IMG/VR virus record: IMGVR_UViG_3300022902_000006
Length of the DNA stretch: 64,000 bases
Origin: a virus
Reading direction: 5' to 3' (one strand)
Shown here: piece after piece, positions 17,149-27,123 of the stretch
Position numbering within the stretch: the first letter of the stretch is position 1
Layout: the number at the start of each line of letters is the position of its first letter
Position numbers and translations under genes: made by a program
Notes under the pieces: generated by a model
Seen by the model: only the letters and a program-made list of their open reading frames with translations
The model's database searches: none
Told to the model about the DNA's origin: nothing

Positions 17149-18942
17149 TTGGCGCAGCAACGCACATCTGTCGGGCGTCTCCTGCTCAACGATGTCCTCC
17201 CTGAGCCTTATCAGCTACCCGAGGACGTTACGAAGAAGGTCCTCAATGCCACCATGGCTGACTTCGCGAGGACAGACCCCCAACGCTACGTCCAGGCCAT
17301 CGGGGACCTCAAAAGAATAGGGGACCAGGTTGCTACCGACATGGGGCTCACCGTAGGGCTGGATGATATCGAACCAGACTACGCCCGCCGTGACCGTGTT
17401 CTTGAGCCCGCTCTGCGCAGAGTCAAGGCACTGAGCGACCCTACTGCCAAGCGGCGCCTCATCATCAGTACCCAGGATAAGATGTTTGAAATGGCCCCCC
17501 AGCACCCTGGTCAGATGGCCATCGTTGCCACGAGTGGTGCACGGGGCAACGCGGGACAGCTCATGCGCACCGTCACATCCCCAACGGGAGTGACTGACGC
17601 ACAGGGTGCAGTGATCCCGTGGATGATTAGTAAGAGCTTCTCGGAGGGGTTGAAGCCTGCTGACACATGGATCGCCATGGCGGAAGCCAGGCGTAACGTG
17701 GTCGAATCCAACATCGCTGTCTCTGGCCCCGGTGAGATGAGCAAGATCCTGGTCAGTAATATGAGTGACCAGCTCGTCACGGTGCCTGACTGCGGAACAA
17801 CGAATGGGGTTTCATTCGCACATACCGACCCTCACATCGTTGGACGCTACGCTGCCAGCGGAGGGTTTCTGAGCGCCCACCACGTGTCTGGTTTACGGCG
17901 TAAAGAGCCCAAGGGGAGCATCATCGTACGATCCCCTATGACCTGTGAAGCGCCGAACGGCGTCTGCCAAAAGTGCTACGGACAAACGCCAACAGGTAAA
18001 GACCCCCAGATTGGGTACAACGTAGGAATGATCGCAGCCCAGGCTATGGGGGAGCCACTAACCCAGATGGCGCTGAGCGCAAAGCACGCAACGCGTACTG
18101 CCAAATCGCAACGTGCAGTCCTCCAGGGGTTGAGTGGCCTGAAGCAGCTCACCGAGATGCCACAGAGCTTTTTCAACCGCGCCACCTTGGCTCAAGAGCC
18201 GGGACGCGTAACCGCTGTCCGCGAAGCACCTCAAGGTGGACACTACGTCAACGTCAACGAACAAGAGCACTACGTACCCCCAAACCTGGACGTAACCGTC
18301 AAGCCTGGTCAGCGCATCGAACAAGGAGACGCGCTATCCGACGGCATCCCCAAACCCGATGAAGTGGTGCAGCACAAAGGTCTCGGAGCAGGGCGGCGCT
18401 ACATGGTGGACCAGCTCCACCAGATCTACACGCGTAATGGTCTCGACCTGGATAAGAGGCACCTGGAGCTGCTCGCCAAGACCGACCTGAACTACGTCAA
18501 GGTGTTGGACGCTGACAGCCCAGAACTGGGTGTAGCTCGCGGAGAAGTTGTGGATTACAACCGCTTCCGCGCAGCCGTCGCAAAGAAAGCGAAGAGGCGC
18601 CCCACCGCCCAAGCCCAGGGACAGTTCCTTGGAGACAACGTCCTGCATTACACCGCAGGCACCGAAGTTACCCCCAGTGTAATGGCAGACTTGGAGCGCA
18701 GTGGGGTGAAAAACGTACCCACACTCCCCCACGTACCCCAGCACGAACTCATCCTCAAGCCTATCAGCCGTACTCCCCTGTTACACTCGGACTGGTTGGC
18801 GCGGTTAGGCCACCGCAATTTGAAAGCATCCATCTTGGATGGCGCAACCTTTGGTGAATCATCTAATATACACGGCACGCATCCAGTCCCAGCGTTTGTC
18901 TTTGGCGAAACACTGGGGCGCGGGCCGCAAGGACGATACTAA
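17149..18942 (+). CDS. rpoC: RNA polymerase beta' C-terminal half
   Basis: SGARGNAGQL, SFSEGL..bridge helix..GEMSKIL, DCGT, RSPMTC..GVCQKCYG (Zn site), GMIAAQAMGEPLTQMAL (trigger loop); TTG start. Confidence 0.92.
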   Translation: MAQQRTSVGRLLLNDVLPEPYQLPEDVTKKVLNATMADFARTDPQRYVQAIGDLKRIGDQVATDMGLTVGLDDIEPDYARRDRVLEPALRRVKALSDPTAKRRLIISTQDKMFEMAPQHPGQMAIVATSGARGNAGQLMRTVTSPTGVTDAQGAVIPWMISKSFSEGLKPADTWIAMAEARRNVVESNIAVSGPGEMSKILVSNMSDQLVTVPDCGTTNGVSFAHTDPHIVGRYAASGGFLSAHHVSGLRRKEPKGSIIVRSPMTCEAPNGVCQKCYGQTPTGKDPQIGYNVGMIAAQAMGEPLTQMALSAKHATRTAKSQRAVLQGLSGLKQLTEMPQSFFNRATLAQEPGRVTAVREAPQGGHYVNVNEQEHYVPPNLDVTVKPGQRIEQGDALSDGIPKPDEVVQHKGLGAGRRYMVDQLHQIYTRNGLDLDKRHLELLAKTDLNYVKVLDADSPELGVARGEVVDYNRFRAAVAKKAKRRPTAQAQGQFLGDNVLHYTAGTEVTPSVMADLERSGVKNVPTLPHVPQHELILKPISRTPLLHSDWLARLGHRNLKASILDGATFGESSNIHGTHPVPAFVFGETLGRGPQGRY

Positions 18943-18958
18943 CCCCCAAATCGAACAC

Positions 18959-18987
18959 TTGGAAAAGACAAGTGCTTGACCTATACT
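18959..18987 (+). promoter_or_regulatory. sigma70-like promoter TTGGAA-N17-TATACT
   Basis: GACCTATACTTG identical to the 14029-14040 site. Confidence 0.6.
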
Positions 18988-19046
18988 TGTGGTGATTTTA
19001 CGCAGACTCACGCCGAAGAGAGTCACCCGGACGGAGGACAGAACCA

Positions 19047-20453
19047 ATGCAAGCATCGCTCTTCAAACGTTCCAGTGTACGAGGCATCAACGATGCCCTC
19101 ATCAACGCCGGGCTACAGTACCCATCCAAGACCGCAGCCGACGAGGTAGCGGACGCGGTGGCTGATGAGATGATGGTGACCGAGCCCGCGATGGAAGGGG
19201 CCGAGGGAGAAATCCCCGCTGAGGAAGCCGCTGAAATCGCCACCAAGCTGGTGGAAGTGGCCAACGAGCTGATGGCCAGCACGCAGCCCGCACCCGACGC
19301 ACCCGAGGAAGAGCGCATCGCCGCCTACCACGGCGTCATGGGGAGCAAGACCGCCGCAGCCCGGGACGTCAACACCCGCGCCGGGGAGCAATCCTACGCC
19401 TGCATGCAGAAGGCAGCGGAGGAAGCCGACACCAACGTGTCCGGCGCAGGCGGCACCGGGTCCACCATCGGTGTGGGCGCGGCAGCGCCCGAGAACACCC
19501 TGCCCAACGCCACCTTCGCAGAGACGCAGATGGAAGCGTCCCAGCGTCCCCCAGGCACCCACGAGGTTGGGGTGGGCAACACCGAGCAAGCACACGCTGG
19601 TGTCGTGGGTTCGGAGGATGTCGGCGCAGACACCCCGGCACCGCACACCACCGCTGGTGGCGCAGGAACCAACTCGGTGATTGAGCACTCGGAGAAGAAC
19701 AGCACCCTCCGTCAGATCATCCAGAAGGTGGCCGCAGGGTCGAACATCGAGGGCGGCGACAAGCCCGAGAACACCCTGCCCAACGCCCCCGCCGCCGAGA
19801 CCCAGATGGAGAACTCCCAGCGCCCGCCAGGGTACGCTGCACTCCCGCAGCTCGGTGGTACCGTCACCGACATCGGCACCTCCCCCGCCGCAACCGTGGG
19901 CACCGAGCAGCCCGTCGACGCCGGTCCCCAGAACACCCCAGCAGGCGCGGTCCCCGGAAGTGCGGGCAACTCCGTGGTCGAGCACTCGGAGACCTCGATG
20001 CCAGGCAAGACTGCAGGCGTCGACCCCGCGTACCTCCATCTCTTCCAGAAGACCGCCAACCACGTGGTCGACTTCCTGCCCAGCCAGTACACCGAGAACG
20101 ACAAGGTGGCGCAGGTCCGCTACATGATGGGCCTGAATGACGGCGAACGCTCCGCGCACATCTCCTCCCTGCACAAGCACGCCGGGACCATGGACGCACA
20201 GAGCATCGTCGACATGTACAGCATCTACGCCGACAAGGTGGCCGAGGAAGAGGCCGCTGCTGCCGGTGCACCACCCCCGGCCCCGAAAGCGGAGAAGGGC
20301 GACTGGATGGACCGCATGTCCAAGACCACGGACGGCGCGTACGACTGGGCCAACGCCAAGGCCCACGACGTCAAGACGTGGGTGCAAAAGAAACTCAAGA
20401 AGGACCCGAAGCCCGCAAAGCCCGCAGCACCGGCGGCAGCACCGGCGAAGTAG
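19047..20453 (+). CDS. putative head-core protein with internal duplication
   Basis: Strong GC3 bias; many KxA motifs; PENTLPNA..AETQME.SQRPPG..NSV.EHSE twice. Confidence 0.7.
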   Translation: MQASLFKRSSVRGINDALINAGLQYPSKTAADEVADAVADEMMVTEPAMEGAEGEIPAEEAAEIATKLVEVANELMASTQPAPDAPEEERIAAYHGVMGSKTAAARDVNTRAGEQSYACMQKAAEEADTNVSGAGGTGSTIGVGAAAPENTLPNATFAETQMEASQRPPGTHEVGVGNTEQAHAGVVGSEDVGADTPAPHTTAGGAGTNSVIEHSEKNSTLRQIIQKVAAGSNIEGGDKPENTLPNAPAAETQMENSQRPPGYAALPQLGGTVTDIGTSPAATVGTEQPVDAGPQNTPAGAVPGSAGNSVVEHSETSMPGKTAGVDPAYLHLFQKTANHVVDFLPSQYTENDKVAQVRYMMGLNDGERSAHISSLHKHAGTMDAQSIVDMYSIYADKVAEEEAAAAGAPPPAPKAEKGDWMDRMSKTTDGAYDWANAKAHDVKTWVQKKLKKDPKPAKPAAPAAAPAK

Positions 20454-20522
20454 CTTCGGTTTCGCCCGGTAGAGACAGCCCGTGGCGCACTCACACTGGG
20501 CTCATCAGTATGGGGTAGCGCT

Positions 20523-20768
20523 ATGGCTTTCGATTTCACAGACGACATCTTCAAACTCGCCGAAGTCCTGATTGAGGACCAGCTCGCCTCTCGCGCTGAG
20601 CAACCCCAAGCACAAGGGCAAGAACCAGCCGACCTGGGTGTCCCCACTCAGGGCCGATCCGTCCTCAATTTACTGGGTAAAACGACCGCCACCACGACCG
20701 AACCCGCCCCGAAGATTCTGCACGTGGACTCGGGCAAGCGACAAGTGTCCACGCCGACGAACGAATGA
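20523..20768 (+). CDS. hypothetical small protein
   Basis: FKLAE motif; overlaps next start. Confidence 0.6.
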   Translation: MAFDFTDDIFKLAEVLIEDQLASRAEQPQAQGQEPADLGVPTQGRSVLNLLGKTTATTTEPAPKILHVDSGKRQVSTPTNE

Positions 20769-21364
20769 TCCTCCGCGACCTCACACAGGCCAAGGGGCTG
20801 AGCGAGCTACTCGCCGCCACGGGAGGAACGGACAGCTTCTTCAATTACCCAGAGCGTATTGATGGTGTACGCAACGTCGCCCAACAAGCGATAGCCAGCT
20901 CTCCTGCCATGGCAAATACGCAGGTGCGCATCATGCCAAACATCGCCAATGCGTACTACGACTACGAGAACAACGAAATCCTGCTCGGCCTCGTTAACCC
21001 CGACGCACTCGCGCACGAACTGGGGCACGCGGAGAACCTAAAGCAGAAGGGGTTGTACACCAAGATATTGCGTGTGGCGCAAGGTGTCGCTAAAATCAAC
21101 AATATTGCAGCGGTACCTGTGATGTTGGGACTGAGAACCATGGTCAAAGACGAAGATACCCGAAACGACATACTCAGCGCACTGTCAGCCGTGTCATCCG
21201 CTGTCGCCGCTCCCCTGTTGTTGGAGGAGGCGTCAGCCAGCTACCAAGCACTACACAACGCACCTGATAAACTCCAAGCCCTGAAGACATTAGCACCTGC
21301 CTTCCTGGCGCACGCAGGTATGAGCCTGGCTCCAGTTGGTATCTACCAAGCGGGGAAAATCTGA
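20765..21364 (+). CDS. zincin metallopeptidase-like membrane protein
   Basis: LAHELGHA (HExxH) and downstream LLEEASASYQAL third-ligand pattern with hydrophobic helices. Confidence 0.65.
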   Translation: MILRDLTQAKGLSELLAATGGTDSFFNYPERIDGVRNVAQQAIASSPAMANTQVRIMPNIANAYYDYENNEILLGLVNPDALAHELGHAENLKQKGLYTKILRVAQGVAKINNIAAVPVMLGLRTMVKDEDTRNDILSALSAVSSAVAAPLLLEEASASYQALHNAPDKLQALKTLAPAFLAHAGMSLAPVGIYQAGKI

Positions 21365-23970
21365 TGGAACGAACTGCACAAATGTCCCCACGGACCCAAG
21401 CCTTCATCGACGGACTTCCTTCAGGTGACGAAGCGGAGAAGCTCTTCGAAGAGGGGTTCAACCAGCTCGCCTACAACGTGATGATCAGCAAGTTCCCTGA
21501 CCTCACACAAAGCATCGTCACCTTCAAGGTTCTGGAGACAGACCTCGATGCAGGCGCCGCCGTTGGGTCCTTCGTCGTGCAGTACGGCCAGGAGAATCTG
21601 TACATCCCCGTCGTGATGGCCGACAACCAGATCAAGCCACTGGACATGTTCTACCACAAGAAGCTGAACGTGTTCCTCCCGCTCACCAACGACTGGTTGG
21701 ACGAGGTACGACAACTCACCATCGACGAGATGGGTGAGGGGGTACAGCGCCCACCGACCCTGCAGCACAACGTGGACACGCGCAACACCGTCATCCCTCC
21801 CTCGCAGCATGGGAGGCACGTCTACGCAAGCGCGCAGATCACTGATGCTGATATCGACGTAGACCTACGCCGCATGATCGTGAAGTGCGCCGACGCCCCT
21901 CACAACATCCCAGCCATGCTCCCCGCAGTGCTCGCGCACGCACCCAAGGTGTACAGTGACGCCTTCGTGGGTGTCATCCAGTCCCGCACCAAGATCGCTG
22001 CACACCTCGGCGTGTTCTATGACCTGGACACGCTATACGCCAGTCTGGAGGCAGAGAAGACCGCTGCCGCTGACACGCACAGCGGAGGTGCACTGAACGT
22101 AGTGTCGCGTACCGACGGCGCCGACCGCTTCAAGGACGTGTTTGGCAAGAACGCTCCCGCTGCATTTCAAGGAGCGCTCGCCAAGGGCTACGCCGCCAAG
22201 GACACACGCACCAACCTGAACAGCGCGGTGCAGATCCAAGAACCTCAACACCTGGTCACCCCCGAGGAGTCCGGCTTCTACCGTGTGTTCACCACGGATG
22301 GCACCGCGATCCCCGCCTTCGTGCTGCACAACCCCCGGAGTGTCACGAAGAGCTGGTCCCGGAGCCCCACCTCCCGCCCCAGCAAAATCCACCCCAGCAA
22401 AAACTACATCGTGGTTCTCAACGGGGGTCGCTGGCTGGACACCGACACCCTGGTGGGTGAGCGTCTGGTGAACGCGGAAGACCTGCGTGGCCTCGACGTC
22501 TTCCACAAGCTGACCACTGAGAAGGGTGGCGACACGCCTGGTGTAGACAAGCGTGGTTTCTTCGTTCTCAAAACCGGAACGGGGTTCATTGGCACCGGCG
22601 TGTTTGGTGTGCGGCGCTCCACCACCTCGAAACAGATCAAGCGGCTGGTCTGTGATGACCACCAAAGCACCACCCTCATCATCGACCCCAAGGTGACCAA
22701 GGGTACGCTGCACCGCCCTGACAGCGCAGCCCTGATGTACATCCCAGCCATGGCACGCTTCATCAAGCTGCAGGACAAAGCAGCCGACTCCTGGGAGCAC
22801 CGTGAGAAGGGTGACCGACTCTCCCTGCTCTCCACCAAGGAAGATGTGATGCGGTGGTTCCAGGGCAACATGAGTACCCTGGGTGCCAGCTCCATTTCCG
22901 TGAAGGACGCATCTGCCGGACAGTTCTCTTTCAACGGTTCCATGGGTGTGGGTCCCGCGCCCTCCGCGATGAAGCACGCAGCGCTCACGTACCACATCCC
23001 GTTCCCCGTGGCTGAAGCTCTCGTGAAGACTGCTGCAGAAGTGGGCCGCGCTGTCTGCTGGGTCATGCCGCGTGCCGCACTGCAGAAGTTGGCACAGGGT
23101 CCCATGATGGACCCAGCGATGGCGGGTGGTGCAGGTGGAGCACCCCCGATGGACCCGGCGATGGCAGGCGGCGGCGCAGGTGGAGCACCCCCGATGGACC
23201 CGGCCATGATGGGCGGCATGATGCCTCCCCCAGGACCACCAGCTCCTCCCGTGACTCCCTCCCCGCTGGACATCGCGGTGGGTGAATCGCAGGCGCAGAT
23301 CAACCAGCAGAACGCTGACCTGCAACAGCAGCAAATGGCCCTGATGGATAAGGCCCAGACCATCCAGATGATCCAGATGCGCGCCCAGGAAATCGCTGGC
23401 GGTGGTGCTGAAGCCGTACAGGCCGGTGCGCCCCCGATGCCTCCACCCGGACAGCCCCTTCCTCCTGGCCCCGAAGCAGGTGGCCCCGCAGGTATGGCTC
23501 CCCCGATGGGCGGCGCTCCCCCGATGGGCGGCGCTCCCCCGATGGGCGGCGGCATGGACCCCAGCATGGGCGGCGCTCCCCCACAGGGCGGGGGCAGTGG
23601 TGGTGCTTTCATGCGCACCGAAGCACCAACTTCCATGGAGGTGCAGCAGCAGGTCAACCCCCAGTTCCTGGAACAGGCAGCAGCACTTCAAGACTCTGGG
23701 ACGTTCGATGCTGCCACCCTGGCGAGTATGGCGCGTAACCCCAGCTTCCGTGAGCTGGTCATCGACTACGTTCCGACGCTGGAGCGCGCGCTGGACAACC
23801 TGGGGCGATCTCTGCTCACCATGTGGATGCAGGAGAGTGAGCTGAAGCAGCAGCTCGGTGACGAAGACTACAGCGAACTGGAAGACAACGTCCGCTCTGT
23901 GTTCGAAGGGCTGGGCAAACTGATCCTCCAAATGAACCGCAACGCAACGGTGGTGGACCCACAAGTGTAA
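21364..23970 (+). CDS. large putative head-core/internal protein with Gly-Pro-Met repeats
   Basis: 868 aa; EKTA, VKTA, QKLA sites; GGAPPM repeats. Confidence 0.7.
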   Translation: MERTAQMSPRTQAFIDGLPSGDEAEKLFEEGFNQLAYNVMISKFPDLTQSIVTFKVLETDLDAGAAVGSFVVQYGQENLYIPVVMADNQIKPLDMFYHKKLNVFLPLTNDWLDEVRQLTIDEMGEGVQRPPTLQHNVDTRNTVIPPSQHGRHVYASAQITDADIDVDLRRMIVKCADAPHNIPAMLPAVLAHAPKVYSDAFVGVIQSRTKIAAHLGVFYDLDTLYASLEAEKTAAADTHSGGALNVVSRTDGADRFKDVFGKNAPAAFQGALAKGYAAKDTRTNLNSAVQIQEPQHLVTPEESGFYRVFTTDGTAIPAFVLHNPRSVTKSWSRSPTSRPSKIHPSKNYIVVLNGGRWLDTDTLVGERLVNAEDLRGLDVFHKLTTEKGGDTPGVDKRGFFVLKTGTGFIGTGVFGVRRSTTSKQIKRLVCDDHQSTTLIIDPKVTKGTLHRPDSAALMYIPAMARFIKLQDKAADSWEHREKGDRLSLLSTKEDVMRWFQGNMSTLGASSISVKDASAGQFSFNGSMGVGPAPSAMKHAALTYHIPFPVAEALVKTAAEVGRAVCWVMPRAALQKLAQGPMMDPAMAGGAGGAPPMDPAMAGGGAGGAPPMDPAMMGGMMPPPGPPAPPVTPSPLDIAVGESQAQINQQNADLQQQQMALMDKAQTIQMIQMRAQEIAGGGAEAVQAGAPPMPPPGQPLPPGPEAGGPAGMAPPMGGAPPMGGAPPMGGGMDPSMGGAPPQGGGSGGAFMRTEAPTSMEVQQQVNPQFLEQAAALQDSGTFDAATLASMARNPSFRELVIDYVPTLERALDNLGRSLLTMWMQESELKQQLGDEDYSELEDNVRSVFEGLGKLILQMNRNATVVDPQV

Positions 23971-24695
23971 TGGACGTATTCGACCCCCGAAACCTGGACC
24001 CGCACCACCGCATCAACGACGCGGTGCGGTACGCAGAGTCTCCCGACGAGGACATCCCCAATGACCTCGACAACCAGACGCTTGCGCTCATCTACGGTTT
24101 ACGCGGTAAACCACCCACGGTTGATCTGTACCACGCACTGCGTAAATACCAGAACCCCTTCTCCAGAAACGTCCTGACAGGATTCCTACTCGCGGAAGCG
24201 AAGGAAGAACTGATCACCAAAACCACGGGCATGGCTGCAGGGGTGCTCACTGCCTACGTCACCTACATCTTTGATAACTCCATTTTCTCCGACAAGATGG
24301 ACCGCTTCAGCTATGCACACGCGGTACGCAACTTCGTATCTGCGGAACACGCTGCATTCCTGGAGGCGGCTGTAACCCACGGCCCAGAGTACCTCGTATG
24401 GATGCTCAATGGAGACCCCAGCCACACCCCCAAGGACATCATGGCCTCCGTCATGGTAGACGCGCTGTATCGTGGTCGCGCACACCGTAACGCGGCCATC
24501 ACGTCACCCGCTGCAAAGGAAGCTCGCGCCTGGTTGTCCCTGGCGGGGTCTACCGCGACCAACGCGCATAGGCTAGACCCGAGTGGTGACGCAGACGACG
24601 CCCTGCGCGACCTTAAATTAGCGCTGTCCTACGAGGACGAAACCACCAACGAAGAAACCCCCGGGGCACCTGCGCCCGGTGATATACTGCATTAG
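23970..24695 (+). CDS. hypothetical protein
   Basis: Translationally coupled (TAATG). Confidence 0.7.
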   Translation: MDVFDPRNLDPHHRINDAVRYAESPDEDIPNDLDNQTLALIYGLRGKPPTVDLYHALRKYQNPFSRNVLTGFLLAEAKEELITKTTGMAAGVLTAYVTYIFDNSIFSDKMDRFSYAHAVRNFVSAEHAAFLEAAVTHGPEYLVWMLNGDPSHTPKDIMASVMVDALYRGRAHRNAAITSPAAKEARAWLSLAGSTATNAHRLDPSGDADDALRDLKLALSYEDETTNEETPGAPAPGDILH

Positions 24696-24704
24696 GAGCG
24701 CACC

Positions 24705-25526
24705 ATGCTGATGGACGAAGTAAGACTGGAGAAATACGCCGCTGAAGTAATCCAGGGCTACAAGTCCGCGAACGTGCCGTTGACGGACGGCGTCGTCAAG
24801 GTAGCGGAGGCGCGCTCGCTGAACGAGGAACAGGTACGTCGCCTGGTCGAGCGCGTGAACAACGATGTCTTTCAGCACCACTTCAAACAAGCAGAGGAAG
24901 CGAAAAGCGAAGACCGGAACGTGACCTTCGAACCCGCGAACCCCGACAGCGTACTCACCCGGCTCATCAACTCCGCCAAGGACGCCATCAACCCCACTCC
25001 CGAAGACTCGGCGGCGTCTGACCCTATGGACCTCATTGGAGACCTCCCCAATGGTTCTGACGCAGCGGGCCTGGGTGAACCAGAAAAGACTGCCTCCGCG
25101 CCAGAAGAGGAGCCCCTCCCATCCAAAGCAATCGTCATCACGCGACTGCGGAAAGCAGCCGGGGAGATGCGCATCGCTGAGACACAGGCCCGGTCCACCC
25201 TCACCGACGCCATGCAGAAGCTCGCGCGCCACTTCACCTTCCTGGACAACAAAGAGAAGTTTGCTGGCTTCGAGCGTGATGCGGTTTACCACCGTGGCAA
25301 CGACGCCGCGCCGTACCTCGCCCTCACTCGCCGTGCTCTGCGTATGCCCCGCATGACCTACGACGCCACCGCACTCCACAAGGTGGCACGTGTGGTCGAC
25401 ACCAACACCACTGAGATGCGGCTGTTGGATGCCTTCATCGCGGCTGACCAAGAAGTGGCGCGGCTGCACGCAGGCGTGGAGAAGATGGCAGCATACGAGA
25501 AGCAAGCAGGGACGCTGACCAGGTGA
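24705..25526 (+). CDS. putative head-core protein, KxA-rich
   Basis: 12 of 15 lysines are in K-x-A. Confidence 0.7.
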   Translation: MLMDEVRLEKYAAEVIQGYKSANVPLTDGVVKVAEARSLNEEQVRRLVERVNNDVFQHHFKQAEEAKSEDRNVTFEPANPDSVLTRLINSAKDAINPTPEDSAASDPMDLIGDLPNGSDAAGLGEPEKTASAPEEEPLPSKAIVITRLRKAAGEMRIAETQARSTLTDAMQKLARHFTFLDNKEKFAGFERDAVYHRGNDAAPYLALTRRALRMPRMTYDATALHKVARVVDTNTTEMRLLDAFIAADQEVARLHAGVEKMAAYEKQAGTLTR

Positions 25527-26884
25527 GTTCACCAGGCGAAAGGCCACTCTGGGGGGCTATCCCAGGAATCGGTGATGCGCTCCAGAACTGGGTGCAGACA
25601 GGGAACATCCGTAAATCTGAGGGGTTCCTCAGCCCTATCACCGACCCCAGTCATGTACCCATACCAACCCTGGACGCCCAACAAAAAGGATGGCGTGATA
25701 CCATCCTTCAAGACCTGCTCCGCGCACAGACCACACCCCCGGGAGAACGCGTCATGACCTCCTCATTCGTAAAGAAGCGAGCCTCCCTCCAGGATGACAC
25801 GGAGAAGCGTGCCGCATCCACCGCCCGGCTCGTACGGCAATTGATGAAGACAGTACCCGATGCCCCACGCATGCCGGGTATGTTGTCCCGTGTCTTCAGT
25901 GGGCGAGCCCGTGCCGAAGCACGGCAAGTTAGCACCCTGCATGATGACGTCATTCGCCGCATCGAAGCAGCAAGAATTCATGGCCCCAGCAACCCAGCCA
26001 TCGGGCAGACTGCCCCCACTGCACCTCACGAGGTAGAGCAGCTCCGCAACATGATCCAGGGTGAACTGACCAACATGCAGGTGCGTCGAGGCTTCAACGC
26101 AGGTGACGCAGCAAAGAGGATGTACCTGGATGGTGTCGAAGCAGAAGCACGCGCAGGGATTCTCCGCTCCAACCCGGGCGTTGACCCCGCAACCCTGGAC
26201 CGACTCGCGGCAAACGCCCGCTCCGCTGCGAACCAGTCCGGCAGCAAACACAAAGACCTCATCGAGCAAACCGTTGCCACCGCCCGCGATTCCGCACTAA
26301 AAAGCCCCCTCCCGGGGACTGTGCACACGCCGATCACGGATAACCCAGGGATGAAGGGTCTGCTCGGATTGGGCCTTGGTTCCACCGCCCTCATCGGTGG
26401 TACGGCTCTGACCCTGAACAACTTCGCGGACCCCACCACGCAGCGCGCCGGGTTCGGGGTTCGTTCTGGCGTCTACCCCAACATCATGGAGCGTCTGCGC
26501 TTGGATGAAGTAGCCGCTGACTCCTTCGCCAACGCCATAGGCAAGGAGATGGGGAAGAGCACCGTGGGATTGCTGGGTGACCTCGCGTCCAAAGCTGTTG
26601 CCTCTCCGGGTGACCTGGTCAAAAGCATGCAACGCAAGAACGTTTTCGACCAACTGCAAGAAGAGGATGACGTCATCGCCCGTGCAGACCCAGCACAACT
26701 GGACGAGGCTTACCACACGATGGTACGCTTCGCACCGACGCTTGCCACAGACAAGAACGCCGTCAAGACGTTCCTTCGCGAAAGCGTCCTGTACGGCACG
26801 GGACCGAACTTCGTTGCTATCAAACAACTGGCTGACGCCGAACGCGCCGTAAGCGCGCCCCCCAGCGTCGTAGTGAAAAAATAA
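25523..26884 (+). CDS. putative internal head protein with one TM segment
   Basis: KKRAS..EKRAA; GLLGLGLGSTALIGG helix. Confidence 0.65.
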   Translation: MSSPGERPLWGAIPGIGDALQNWVQTGNIRKSEGFLSPITDPSHVPIPTLDAQQKGWRDTILQDLLRAQTTPPGERVMTSSFVKKRASLQDDTEKRAASTARLVRQLMKTVPDAPRMPGMLSRVFSGRARAEARQVSTLHDDVIRRIEAARIHGPSNPAIGQTAPTAPHEVEQLRNMIQGELTNMQVRRGFNAGDAAKRMYLDGVEAEARAGILRSNPGVDPATLDRLAANARSAANQSGSKHKDLIEQTVATARDSALKSPLPGTVHTPITDNPGMKGLLGLGLGSTALIGGTALTLNNFADPTTQRAGFGVRSGVYPNIMERLRLDEVAADSFANAIGKEMGKSTVGLLGDLASKAVASPGDLVKSMQRKNVFDQLQEEDDVIARADPAQLDEAYHTMVRFAPTLATDKNAVKTFLRESVLYGTGPNFVAIKQLADAERAVSAPPSVVVKK

Positions 26885-26895
26885 AGGACCGCGCC

Positions 26896-27120
26896 ATGAC
26901 AAATCTATTCAAAGCCCTGCAACCCCGCGTTCGAAGCAACCTTCGCGGGAATATGCACAAGGTCGCCGCAGTGATGGCGCGCGGCGAGGGTATCCCCCTC
27001 ACGCGAGACGAAGTCACCATCAAGGAAGCGGCACTCATCCTCGGCATCAAGTTCCACCGGCAATACCTCGAAAAAGCGGCCATGCTCGACGGCCTGATGT
27101 GCCTCAAACGCCTGGGATAA
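26896..27120 (+). CDS. small KxA-containing protein
   Basis: HKVA, EKAA; in operon. Confidence 0.6.
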   Translation: MTNLFKALQPRVRSNLRGNMHKVAAVMARGEGIPLTRDEVTIKEAALILGIKFHRQYLEKAAMLDGLMCLKRLG

Positions 27121-27123
27121 GTC

